Shown piece by piece: positions 9,053 through 17,896 of a stretch of DNA of 64,000 nucleotides. Under the pieces are notes generated by a model. The model saw only the letters and a program-made list of their open reading frames with translations, was not told the DNA's origin and ran no database searches. Within the stretch, counting starts at the first letter, position 1; every line of letters begins with the position of its first letter. Both the position numbers and the translations under genes were made by a program. The stretch comes from Burkholderiales bacterium (GTDB lineage Bacteria; Pseudomonadota; Gammaproteobacteria; Burkholderiales; Burkholderiaceae_C), in contig CANJJE010000011.1 in the NCBI GenBank assembly GCA_947474755.1, positions 30,983-94,982 of the forward strand. Direction: 5' to 3'.

Positions 9053-9829
9053 GTGAACAGACCCCATCGCGCGATCATCCTGAGTGCCGGACAAGGCAGT
9101 CGCCTGTTGCCCTTGACGGAGCAGATGCCGAAGTGCCTCATCGACCTAGGGGGACGCAGCATGCTTGAATGGCAACTGCGAGCGCTGGACCAAATGGGCG
9201 TCACCGAGGCCGTGGTGGTGACCGGTTTTTTCCCCGATCTGGTTGAGGCTGAGTTGAAGCGCCTGTCGCTCACGCAGTTGCGCGTACGCACGCTCTACAA
9301 CCCGTTCTACAAGCTGGCCGACAACCTCGCGAGTTGCTGGATGGCGCGCGCCGAGCTCAGCGGGCCGTGCATGATCCTCAACGGCGACACGCTGTTCGAG
9401 CCGGAGATTGCGGGCCGCTTGCTGGCCGCGCCCAGCGCACCCATCACGGTCACCATCGACCGCAAGGCGGCTTACGACGCTGACGACATGAAGGTCGTGA
9501 CTGAGGGGAATCACTTGCGAGCGATTGGCAAGGCGCTGACCGCCGATCGGGTCAATGGCGAGTCGATCGGTTTTCTCCGATTCGACGCAGACGGCGCGGC
9601 CTTGTTCGTCGCCGAACTCGAACGCACGATGCGCACGCCCGAGGGCCCGGGCCTGTGGTACCTCTCAGCCATCAATCGCCTCGCCAACGCGGGTGCCGAT
9701 GTCCGGGTCGTCTCTATCGAAGGACTGCAGTGGGGCGAGCTCGATTTCCCGGCTGATCTGGTTCAGGTACGGGAATTGGCGGCGACCTGGAACGTCGCGA
9801 AGCAGTCGGCGCCGGCCACGGTCGCGTGA
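9053..9829 (+). CDS. sugar/alcohol-phosphate nucleotidyltransferase (NTP_transferase fold)
   Basis: N-terminal AIILSAGQGSRLLPLTEQMPKCLIDLGGRSMLEW (the G-x-G-x-R-L signature of cytidylyl/uridylyl transferases). A GTG start at 9053 is assumed. Confidence 0.75.
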   Translation: MNRPHRAIILSAGQGSRLLPLTEQMPKCLIDLGGRSMLEWQLRALDQMGVTEAVVVTGFFPDLVEAELKRLSLTQLRVRTLYNPFYKLADNLASCWMARAELSGPCMILNGDTLFEPEIAGRLLAAPSAPITVTIDRKAAYDADDMKVVTEGNHLRAIGKALTADRVNGESIGFLRFDADGAALFVAELERTMRTPEGPGLWYLSAINRLANAGADVRVVSIEGLQWGELDFPADLVQVRELAATWNVAKQSAPATVA

Positions 9830-9830
9830 G

Positions 9831-10607
9831 TCAACGGTTGGCCAGTTCGCGTGCCAACTCCAGGTCTGCGGGCTTGTCCACATCGACGGCGGCTCGCCCA
9901 TCTCGCATCGTGACGATCGCGAGCCGCGCGCCGCCAGCGAGTGCACCCAGCCGTGCGGTCGCAGCAGACAGCGTCAGTCGGCCCAAGCGGTAGCGCAGAG
10001 CAAACAGCCAGCCCAGGCGCCGCATCATCCGAAGCGGCTCCTTGCGATGGCGCTCCAGTTCGCGCCAGAGTTCAACCACCCCTGCGGCCGCGGGTCGCGC
10101 CATCAGGAACAGATTGCATCCGGAGTAGTCGCCATCGGCAAAGCGCAGCCAGGTGCGCCGCGTGTGAGGCGCTGCGGCCTCCACAGCAGCGCGTCCGGCC
10201 AGCGCGGCGGTGACATCGGCGTCAGCCGGGCAGGCGGCTAGAAATTCTGTGAGCCAGGCTGTCTCCAGCAGGGCATGGTCGGCGGTCGTCACCAGCAGCG
10301 GGGCGCCCAGGTCGGCAAGCGCCGCTGCCACGGTAGCGCTGGGGCCTGAGGCGGTGGCCATCGTCGACAGCGGCTTGCCGAGCAACTCGGGCTGCAGTTC
10401 GGGCAGATCACGCAGCAACTCCGGCCGCTCGATCGCAACGACGATGCGTGTGACCTCCGGCACTGCGGCAAGTGCTGCCACCACGCGTTCGATCATCGTG
10501 CGGCCGCCCACCTCGATGAGCGCCTTGTGGCTGACGCCCGCATGCGCTGCCAGCGGATCGCCGCTGGTGCGGGTGCCAGCCAGCACCAACGCTGTCAGCG
10601 GCTTCAC
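9831..10607 (-). CDS. MobA-like nucleotidyltransferase family protein
   Basis: N-terminal ALVLAGTRTSGDPLA...KALIEVGGRTMIERV. The GTG start overlaps the stop of the upstream gene (GTGA). It is tail-to-tail with the 9053..9829 gene, with a 1-nt gap. Confidence 0.65.
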   Translation of the reverse strand: MKPLTALVLAGTRTSGDPLAAHAGVSHKALIEVGGRTMIERVVAALAAVPEVTRIVVAIERPELLRDLPELQPELLGKPLSTMATASGPSATVAAALADLGAPLLVTTADHALLETAWLTEFLAACPADADVTAALAGRAAVEAAAPHTRRTWLRFADGDYSGCNLFLMARPAAAGVVELWRELERHRKEPLRMMRRLGWLFALRYRLGRLTLSAATARLGALAGGARLAIVTMRDGRAAVDVDKPADLELARELANR

Positions 10608-11734
10608 GGCGCGAGCAATTTCTCGTAGACGCGGTAGGTCTTATAGGGCTTGGCGCCGAGCGATTCGATGACGTGCCGCATCGGACGATTGTCCTCGAGG
10701 ATCCACGACAGCTCGACCTGGCGCACGCCCTTGGCCCGCAAGCCCTTGCGCAGCGAGTCGATGACCAGGAACGGCGCCAGCCCGCCGGCCATGCTGCCGC
10801 TGAAACTGCGCCGGATGCCCATCAGCGGCACCCGAGCGGTGCGCGCACCACCCTTCAGCCGCCACAGCAGCTTCAGCCAGTTGAAGGGCAGCAGCCGACC
10901 GTTGAAATCGGCGATCAACTCGTTCAGGTTGGGCAGTGCGATGCCGAAGCCAACCGCCTCGCCATTCATTTCGACGATCGCCACGCAGGTCGGGTCGATC
11001 AGCATCTTCATGCTCTTGGCCATATGCGCAATCTCGGCCTTCGTGAAGGCGATGAAGCCCCAGTTCTGCGACCAGGCGTCATTGAAGATCGCGGTGACGG
11101 TGTCGAACTCTTCCAGGTAGCGAGACTTGTCGAGGTGGCGCACCGTCAGCGCCTGCGCCGTGCGGCTGTCGATCTTGCGGCGTGCAGCGCGCGGCAACTC
11201 GTGATCCATGTCGTACATGTAGGCGATCAGGTCCTTCGCCTTCCCATAGCCAAGGGCCTCGATGCGCGCCGCGGCGTAGCTCGGGTCATGGCCCATCAGC
11301 ATCACCGGTGGGGTGTCGAAGCCATCGACGAGCAATCCGGTCTCCTCGTTGATCGACAGGTTGAATGGCCCCAGGATGTGACGTTTGCCGCGCGTGCGCA
11401 GCCAGGCTTCAGCGGCGCTGAACAACGCGGCGAACACCTCGCCATCGTCCTCGGCGGCGATCATTCCGAAGTGCCCGACGTCGGGGTCCGCCACCAATCG
11501 GTCGATCTGAGCACTGATTCGCCCAACATCGCGGCCATCCCGGCGTGCCAGCCATAGCTGCGTCTCGGCATGCTGGAAATACGGGTTCTTGGCAGGCGAC
11601 AGGGCCTCGCGACGTTCCAATACCAGCGGTGGAACAAAGACCGGGTCGTTGACGTACAAGCGCGAGGGCAACGTGATGAAGCGGTCCAGTTCCGTCGGTG
11701 TTCCAACAGGGACGATCTCGATGCGACTGCTCAT
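10604..11734 (-). CDS. GNAT-like acyltransferase family protein (candidate lipid N-acyltransferase)
   Basis: 376 aa from the internal ATG 11734, which overlaps the upstream stop (ATGA). The N-terminus reads IEIVPVGTPTELDRFITLPSRLYVNDPVFVPPLVLERREALSPAKNPYF and continues through RDVGRISAQID. I recognise this only as a GNAT-related family often mis-annotated, so the function is inferred from context. Confidence 0.55.
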   Translation of the reverse strand: MSSRIEIVPVGTPTELDRFITLPSRLYVNDPVFVPPLVLERREALSPAKNPYFQHAETQLWLARRDGRDVGRISAQIDRLVADPDVGHFGMIAAEDDGEVFAALFSAAEAWLRTRGKRHILGPFNLSINEETGLLVDGFDTPPVMLMGHDPSYAAARIEALGYGKAKDLIAYMYDMDHELPRAARRKIDSRTAQALTVRHLDKSRYLEEFDTVTAIFNDAWSQNWGFIAFTKAEIAHMAKSMKMLIDPTCVAIVEMNGEAVGFGIALPNLNELIADFNGRLLPFNWLKLLWRLKGGARTARVPLMGIRRSFSGSMAGGLAPFLVIDSLRKGLRAKGVRQVELSWILEDNRPMRHVIESLGAKPYKTYRVYEKLLAP

Positions 11735-12945
11735 GCGATGGGCTTGGCTTGTACGGGGGCGAGGAAGCCCAGCCACAGCGTGCGGACGCTGTGCCAGACA
11801 AAGGTCAGTCCCTGCCATGCAGTAATGATGTACAGACCGGCGGAACCTTCGCCCACAAGCACGCTGAGCGCCATGATGGACATGGTGATGTTGCGCCGCG
11901 CGATGAAGCTACGCACCCACGCATCGAGTCGCGTTGCTGCATGCAGGGCGAAGCCAAGGCGATATTTGGCTATGCCAAGAACAATCCGGTCAGCTACATA
12001 AAACAGGGTCAGACAGATAGCAGCTTGATATATCGGGTCGCTTGTCGTCTGTGCGCCCAAACCCCAGGCGAACGCAAAGTACCAGAAGGGTGGGTGCACG
12101 ATGTCGGTGCCGTGATCCAGTGCATTGCCGATCTTCGAATCGGTCAAGGTCAATCGCGCCAGCTTGCCGTCGACGCTGTCGAGCACGCTCATGGCGTAGG
12201 CACAAAGGAAGCCGTACAGAAAGTGGCTGGTCATGAACAGCGGCACCACGGCAATGGCCAGCAGGATCGACACGATCGTCACCGTGTTGGGATGGATGCG
12301 CAGCCACACGCACAGGCGCACGAGCTGCCAGACGAGTGGCGGGTAGACATGGCGGGTCAACAAATCAGTTGAACCCTTGTAGTTGTCCCAGAACATCTGA
12401 CGCTGCAGGCGCTGGCGCGCATCGGCGTCGTGCACCGCGTAAATCCAATAGGGCAACGTGCGCCGCAGCTTGTTGATGTAAGCGGGGAACTTGGCTTCGT
12501 CGAGTGGCGCGATGCGCTCTGCTGCGACCAGGGCATCAGCTACTTCGCAGAGGCTTGCTGCCCCGGCAGGGATGGCGTCCCGCAATTCGGGCTGCAACAA
12601 AAGCACCACCGCTCGCTCATGCCCTTCTCCGCGCGTTGCCAGGCACGAGGACATGTCATCGGTGGTCAACAGGAAGTCGATCAGTCGAGGGTCGATCACA
12701 TTGGCGCCGTCGAGTGCGACGAGAGGCCCGTTGAGCAAAGCCTGGCGCAGGCGGCTGCCGAGCGCTGCGGTCGTGGTCTCGATCTGTGCGCCTGGCCAGG
12801 TCTTCGATGACGCGTCAGGCCCGGACAGCACGATGCGGGTGCCGTCCGCCACGCTGCCAACGCTGCGCCTCAATCGCTCGATCGGTGGGACGCCGAAAAG
12901 CGTTTCGGCCTGAGCCGTCGAGTGAGTATCGATCCAGAGATTCAT
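11731..12945 (-). CDS. CDP-alcohol phosphatidyltransferase family protein with ~190-aa N-terminal cytoplasmic extension
   Basis: Perfect family signature DSVDGKLAR-x8-G-x3-D-x3-D (DSVDGKLARLTLTDSKIGNALDHGTDIVH). The ATG at 12945 overlaps the LptG-like stop (ATGA). It is a paralogue of 16784..17896. Confidence 0.85.
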   Translation of the reverse strand: MNLWIDTHSTAQAETLFGVPPIERLRRSVGSVADGTRIVLSGPDASSKTWPGAQIETTTAALGSRLRQALLNGPLVALDGANVIDPRLIDFLLTTDDMSSCLATRGEGHERAVVLLLQPELRDAIPAGAASLCEVADALVAAERIAPLDEAKFPAYINKLRRTLPYWIYAVHDADARQRLQRQMFWDNYKGSTDLLTRHVYPPLVWQLVRLCVWLRIHPNTVTIVSILLAIAVVPLFMTSHFLYGFLCAYAMSVLDSVDGKLARLTLTDSKIGNALDHGTDIVHPPFWYFAFAWGLGAQTTSDPIYQAAICLTLFYVADRIVLGIAKYRLGFALHAATRLDAWVRSFIARRNITMSIMALSVLVGEGSAGLYIITAWQGLTFVWHSVRTLWLGFLAPVQAKPIA

Positions 12946-14006
12946 GGGCGCTCGCACGCCCGCAGGCGCCACAGTCCGATTGAGATGAACAACAAAGGGG
13001 CCGCCAGCGCTGTGACCGGTGGCGGAAGCTGGCCACTCGACCCCAGCGAGGCGACGACGCCATCAAACAGCAAGAAGCCCAGACCCAGCGCCAAGGAGAT
13101 CAACATCGTGCTGCCGCCGGCATCACCGCGGGTGAGCGTGGCGGCTGTCGGCAGGGCCAGCAGCAGCATGATGAACACCACGAGCGGCGCCGCGAACGAT
13201 CGGTACAAGGCGGTTTGGTAGTAGCTCAGGGGTTGTGATCCCACGCGCGAACCCACGATCACATCGGCGAGCATGATAGTGGAGAGGTAAGGACGGGCCA
13301 CGCCAAGGCGCAGCACCTCCTCCGGATGGAGGTTGGTCTGCCAAACCAGTGTGTCGTCATGAATCCGCCGGACACCAGACGGCTCGACGAGCAGTTCTGT
13401 CACGTCCTGCAATTGCCAGGCCTGACCATCCCACCGCGCGCTGGCCGCTCGCACGCGTGAGGTCAGCAGCCCCGCCTCGCTGGCGTAGACGCGTATGCCC
13501 TTCAACTGCAGCCCGTCCGGGCTGATGCTGTCGATCGACACCAGTCCACCACGTGTGTTCGCCCACAGCGGCTTCTTGACCTCTTCGGCGGGTGCGCTCG
13601 CGTTCCACCACTGCTTCAAGGCGATCTCGGCGCGCGGCAGGACCAGTTGCACCAGAGCCACCTGGAAGAGGGTGAAGACCAGCAACACGGGCAGCAGATA
13701 AGCCAGCATGCGCGTGAAGCTGACCCCGCAGGCGCGCATGGCCGAGATCTCGATCGTGCGCGCCATCGCATTCAGCGAAGTCATTGTTCCCAGCAGTACA
13801 GCCAGGGGCAACGCGAGCCCCAGCTCTGCCGGCAAGCGCAGCATGGCGTAATAGAGCAGGCCGCCGAAGCCTTGGCCGCGTTCGAAGATGTCGGTGGTGA
13901 CGTCGAGCAGTTCGAGCAACTGCATCATGGCCGTCAACACCGCCAGCATGGCCAGGATCTGCGTGCCGACACGGCGGCACAGGTACGCCTGCATCGTGCC
14001 GATCAT
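12942..14006 (-). CDS. LptF/LptG-family (YjgP/YjgQ) permease, LptG-like
   Basis: 354 aa. The N-terminus (YLCRRVGTQILAMLAVLTAMMQLLELLD) and MRACGVSFTRML are typical of the LPS export permease family, with six predicted hydrophobic segments. Confidence 0.8.
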   Translation of the reverse strand: MIGTMQAYLCRRVGTQILAMLAVLTAMMQLLELLDVTTDIFERGQGFGGLLYYAMLRLPAELGLALPLAVLLGTMTSLNAMARTIEISAMRACGVSFTRMLAYLLPVLLVFTLFQVALVQLVLPRAEIALKQWWNASAPAEEVKKPLWANTRGGLVSIDSISPDGLQLKGIRVYASEAGLLTSRVRAASARWDGQAWQLQDVTELLVEPSGVRRIHDDTLVWQTNLHPEEVLRLGVARPYLSTIMLADVIVGSRVGSQPLSYYQTALYRSFAAPLVVFIMLLLALPTAATLTRGDAGGSTMLISLALGLGFLLFDGVVASLGSSGQLPPPVTALAAPLLFISIGLWRLRACERP

Positions 14007-14046
14007 CGGCAGTCCCTGGCCGCGCGGGCGCGCGATAGCTGCGTGT

Positions 14047-15252
14047 TCATGGGCTGCGCGGTGCGCGGCGGCGCGCCCGGGTTCGGGTGCGGTCGATCAG
14101 CGCTTCGATCGCCATCACCGCGCGCAGCACCGGGTTGTCTCCTGGCCACGCCAGGCTGCTCCGGAATATCCAGACACTCAGCACGGCGAAGACGACGAAC
14201 GGCGTCCACACCGCTGCAGCAGGTGGAAGACGGCCTGATTGACCGAGACTGGCGCCCAGCTGGATCGCGTGATCGAGGCTCAGCAAGGCCACCGTGGCGA
14301 ACACCACGCCAGGCGTGCGGCGTCCCCGTTTGGATGCCATGCCCAGCGGCAATGCCAACAGGGGCAGGAACGGGAAGATGCACGCCCGCGCCAGCCGATT
14401 GTGAAACTCCGCAGCAGGCTTGGTCTGGTAGCCGTTCTGGTGCATGGTGTGCCAAAGCTCGGCCAGAGTCAGTTCGCGTACCGATCCGCCCCGCTCGGCG
14501 AGCGGCTCAGCCTTGGGCGAGAAGTCCCGGTCGGTCGCGCCCTGCACGAAACGAGACAGCGAGACGGCCGCACCGTCCTCCTTCGTGCCTTCGCTCACCC
14601 GCAGGACCAGCCCGTCTTCGAAACGCATCCGCAGCCCATCTGGCGTCGGGACCAGTCTGCCGCGAGCGGCTGTCAGCACGTCTTCGCTGTGGGCGCCACG
14701 TCGCTCCATGAACACGCCGCGCAGGCTCCTGCCATCAGGTTCGATCACCTCGGCGGTGAAGGTGACCCCGTGCCCGATGTCGACGAACCGGTTTTCTTCG
14801 ACACGCGAATCCCAGCCTGTCTGCAGCACCCGATTCACTACCACGTTGTAGCCGTAGCGTGCCATCGGCTGCAACTGGCCGTAGAGATACAGGCTGAACA
14901 TCGCCAGCAAAACGGCGAGGACGAAATAGGGTGCAGTGATGCGGGCGATCGATCGGCCGGTGACCAGCATCACATCGAGCTCGTTGTCATCGCACATGCG
15001 AGCGGCGGCCATGAAGATCGCGGCCGTGAAAGCCATGGGCAAGGCCAGACCCAGGTAGTGCGGAACCAGCGTTGCCGCCATCACTAGCACGATCGATGGC
15101 GGGGCACCGGCGGAGGCTGCCAGGTCAAACAATCGCAGCAGCCGTTCGAGGAGCTGTGCAAGAAGCAGCGCCAGTAGCGCCAGCGCCAGCGGACCGGCGA
15201 TCAGGCGCAGCGCGTAGCGGTCGAGTCGGTCGAAAGCAAACCAGGGACGCAA
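14047..15252 (-). CDS. LptF/LptG-family permease, LptF-like
   Basis: Contains FDRLDRYALRLIAGPLALALLALLLAQLLERLLRLFD and VMLVTGRSIARI. The start is uncertain: TTG 15252 lies 5 nt after the HIT stop, and the longer ORF to 15339 overlaps the HIT gene. Confidence 0.75.
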   Translation of the reverse strand: MRPWFAFDRLDRYALRLIAGPLALALLALLLAQLLERLLRLFDLAASAGAPPSIVLVMAATLVPHYLGLALPMAFTAAIFMAAARMCDDNELDVMLVTGRSIARITAPYFVLAVLLAMFSLYLYGQLQPMARYGYNVVVNRVLQTGWDSRVEENRFVDIGHGVTFTAEVIEPDGRSLRGVFMERRGAHSEDVLTAARGRLVPTPDGLRMRFEDGLVLRVSEGTKEDGAAVSLSRFVQGATDRDFSPKAEPLAERGGSVRELTLAELWHTMHQNGYQTKPAAEFHNRLARACIFPFLPLLALPLGMASKRGRRTPGVVFATVALLSLDHAIQLGASLGQSGRLPPAAAVWTPFVVFAVLSVWIFRSSLAWPGDNPVLRAVMAIEALIDRTRTRARRRAPRSP

Positions 15253-15256
15253 AGTC

Positions 15257-15715
15257 TCAGCCCGTTTGCCGCACCCAGGCGTCTCGCAACTGCGCCAGCA
15301 GCGCGTCGCTCGTGGCGGTATCGGGTGCCACCGCGGCATCGAGCATCGGTGGGCCGGGCCAGCCAGCGTCCGGGAAATCGGTGTTGCCGAAGCGGCGCGA
15401 GCCTTCGTAGCGCGGGATCACGTGAAAGTGCACGTCCGGGTCGACCATCATCAGCATCAGGTAGTTGATCCGCTCGTATCGCACGACATCGCGCAGCGTG
15501 CCCTCGATGCAGCGCACCACATCACGCATCTCGGCGTAGGCCTGAGGACTCACATCGGCAAACGCGCGCACAGGCTCGCGACAGATCAGCACCAGCGAGC
15601 CCAGCGCGGGCTGCTTCGGGCGCAGCAGGACGGTCCAGCGATCAGTCTGAGCGACTCGTGAGGCCGGGTCACCGAACTTGATCTCGGTGGCCGTCTTGGG
15701 TGCAGCATCAGCCAT
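15257..15715 (-). CDS. HIT (histidine triad) family protein
   Basis: Histidine triad DVHFHVIPRY. ATG at 15715. Confidence 0.8.
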   Translation of the reverse strand: MADAAPKTATEIKFGDPASRVAQTDRWTVLLRPKQPALGSLVLICREPVRAFADVSPQAYAEMRDVVRCIEGTLRDVVRYERINYLMLMMVDPDVHFHVIPRYEGSRRFGNTDFPDAGWPGPPMLDAAVAPDTATSDALLAQLRDAWVRQTG

Positions 15716-15734
15716 GGTCAATTCAAGTGTTTCC

Positions 15735-16658
15735 TCACGGGTGTTGATTATCTCCTGCGGTCATGGCGCGGATCCCCGGCAGGCTCAGCTCGTAGACGCT
15801 GTCTGTCTTGAATGCCTGGTCCGAGACCGACCATCGCCGCACGGTGACTTCGATCCTGCGCTCGCCAGCACCGCCGACCAGTCGCAGCCGGTGCCAGCGT
15901 GCGCCCTCGTCCTGCGGATTGGGCAGCGCCGTGGACGACGGAACGCACAGGCAGGGAATCGACCCGCTCGGCCCCGCGATCGTGTCCAGCCGCGCGCTGC
16001 GAGCGTGTCCGTGCAGGACGAGCTCGGCCCCGGTACGACGGAGCACGGCGCGCAAGTCGTCACCATCAGCGAGCGCCTTGCGCCAGCCGATGGCCCCGGC
16101 TGCCGCGGGATGGTGCAGCATCACGATGCGCACCTGCGCCGCATCACCTTCAGCACGGAGTGCCTGTTCGAGACGTGCAAGTTGATCGGTACCCAGGCGG
16201 CCCCGCGCCAGCAGCGGTGCGGTCGGTAGCGCCGAATTCAGGCCGATCAGCGAGACATCGCCCAAGCGATGCACGAACGGCCAGCCTTCCTGCAGTCGCG
16301 TCCAGCGGCTCCACAGGCCGAGGCCTTCAGCGGCAGGCACGGGCACCAGCGCGTCGTGGTTGCCGGGGACCAGGCTGATGCGCTCGGCTGGCACCAGCGC
16401 TGCCAGCCACTCGGCGGCTTGCCGGAATTCGCCGGGCAGCGAGAAGTTGGTGATGTCTCCGGTGATCAGCACCTGGTCGACCGCGTGGGCGCGCAGGTCC
16501 TGCGTCAAGGCGTCCAGCACATCGCCGCTTTGCACCGCGTGGCGCTTTTGCCAGGACCAGACGCTGAGCTGCCGCTTCGAGAACCGCTGGCGCCAGCTCA
16601 GATGCGGCTCGAAGGGCAGGTGCAGGTCGGAGATGTGGCCGAGCGTCAAATCGCTCAT
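15735..16658 (-). CDS. metallophosphoesterase (calcineurin-like)
   Basis: Motifs HISDLH, ITGDITN, VPGNHD, MLHHP and VLHGHAR are present. The start is taken at the internal ATG 16658 (MSDLTLGH). Confidence 0.8.
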   Translation of the reverse strand: MSDLTLGHISDLHLPFEPHLSWRQRFSKRQLSVWSWQKRHAVQSGDVLDALTQDLRAHAVDQVLITGDITNFSLPGEFRQAAEWLAALVPAERISLVPGNHDALVPVPAAEGLGLWSRWTRLQEGWPFVHRLGDVSLIGLNSALPTAPLLARGRLGTDQLARLEQALRAEGDAAQVRIVMLHHPAAAGAIGWRKALADGDDLRAVLRRTGAELVLHGHARSARLDTIAGPSGSIPCLCVPSSTALPNPQDEGARWHRLRLVGGAGERRIEVTVRRWSVSDQAFKTDSVYELSLPGIRAMTAGDNQHP

Positions 16659-16783
16659 CGATAATGCGCGGCTGTTGATTTGACTCGTTGTCTCAATATC
16701 CACGCCTTGGGAATTCACCCTCCGATGATGCCAAAAGAATTTTCGCCAGCGGGCAGTGGGTTCGGCTCTTGAGCGCCGCGCCA

Positions 16784-17896
16784 ATGCCAGAGCGCCGTAC
16801 GGCCGGCATCGTCGTCGGTGAGTCGCCGCTGCGTCTGTGGGGTCTCACCTCGACCCAGCGGCTGCAACGGCAGTTCGCGCGCGCGCAGGCCACTGCTGAT
16901 GCGCACGACGCGAAACGATGGGTGCTGGTGCGCGCCGACTGGGTCTACGACGACGCCTTTGTGCGCAGTCTCGCCTCGGCCGATGAAGACCTGGCGCTGA
17001 CTGCACCCGATGGGGGCGTCATCGCCCTGAGCCTGTCGGCCGCGTCACCGTCGGCGACCGAAGCATCGGAGATGCTGGCGGACCGGCGCGCGCCACCCGG
17101 CGCTCGCCTCGTGACGCCTGCGCAATTGGCCGATGGATACAACGACGTGCTGCGCAAGCGCGAGCCACCGTACCTGATCCCGCTGACGGCAGCCGAACTG
17201 CCCGCCATCGAGAAGCGCATCTTCGCGGGCTCCTACAAGGGCGTCACCGATGTGGTCACGCTGCGCGTCTGGCCCGCCCCCGCGCGGGCGGTGACGCGGT
17301 GGTGCGCCAACAACGGCATCTCGCCGAACCAGGTCACTTCGGCCAGCCTGGTGCTGGTCTTCGCGGCCATGTGGCTGTTCTGGACCGGTCACTACGGCTG
17401 GGGCCTGTTGGCGGCCTGGGTCATGACCTTCCTCGACACCGTCGACGGCAAGCTCGCCCGGGTGACGCTGACCTCGACCCGCTGGGGCAATGTGTTCGAT
17501 CATTCGATCGACCTGATCCACCCGCCCTTCTGGTGGTGGGCATGGATCGTGGGTCTGCCGGCCGCAGGGTTCAGCTTGACCCAAACCGGTCTGGTGCTGA
17601 CGGTGATCGTCGGTGGCTATGTGCTGCAGCGTATCGAGGAAGGCATCTTCATGGCCTGCTTCAAGATGGACATGCACGTCTGGCAGCGCTTCGACAGCTG
17701 GTTGCGCCTGTACACCGCCCGGCGCAATCCGAACCTGCTGATCCTGAGCGCTTCCCTGCTGGCCGGGCGTCCTGACATCGGCATCCTCGTGGTGGCCTGG
17801 TGGACGGCGATCTGTCTGTTCATCCATGCGCTGCGCATCGTGCAGGCGGCCTTTGCGCGGCGGCGCGGGCCACTGCGGTCGTGGTTGTCGGTGTGA
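16784..17896 (+). CDS. CDP-alcohol phosphatidyltransferase family protein with N-terminal extension (paralogue of 11731..12945)
   Basis: Signature DTVDGKLARVTLTSTRWGNVFDHSIDLIH. Its N-terminal region is colinear with the paralogue (LWGLTSTQRLQRQ versus LFGVPPIERLRRS). ATG 16784 is chosen, and the longest ORF starts at 16688. Confidence 0.85.
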   Translation: MPERRTAGIVVGESPLRLWGLTSTQRLQRQFARAQATADAHDAKRWVLVRADWVYDDAFVRSLASADEDLALTAPDGGVIALSLSAASPSATEASEMLADRRAPPGARLVTPAQLADGYNDVLRKREPPYLIPLTAAELPAIEKRIFAGSYKGVTDVVTLRVWPAPARAVTRWCANNGISPNQVTSASLVLVFAAMWLFWTGHYGWGLLAAWVMTFLDTVDGKLARVTLTSTRWGNVFDHSIDLIHPPFWWWAWIVGLPAAGFSLTQTGLVLTVIVGGYVLQRIEEGIFMACFKMDMHVWQRFDSWLRLYTARRNPNLLILSASLLAGRPDIGILVVAWWTAICLFIHALRIVQAAFARRRGPLRSWLSV

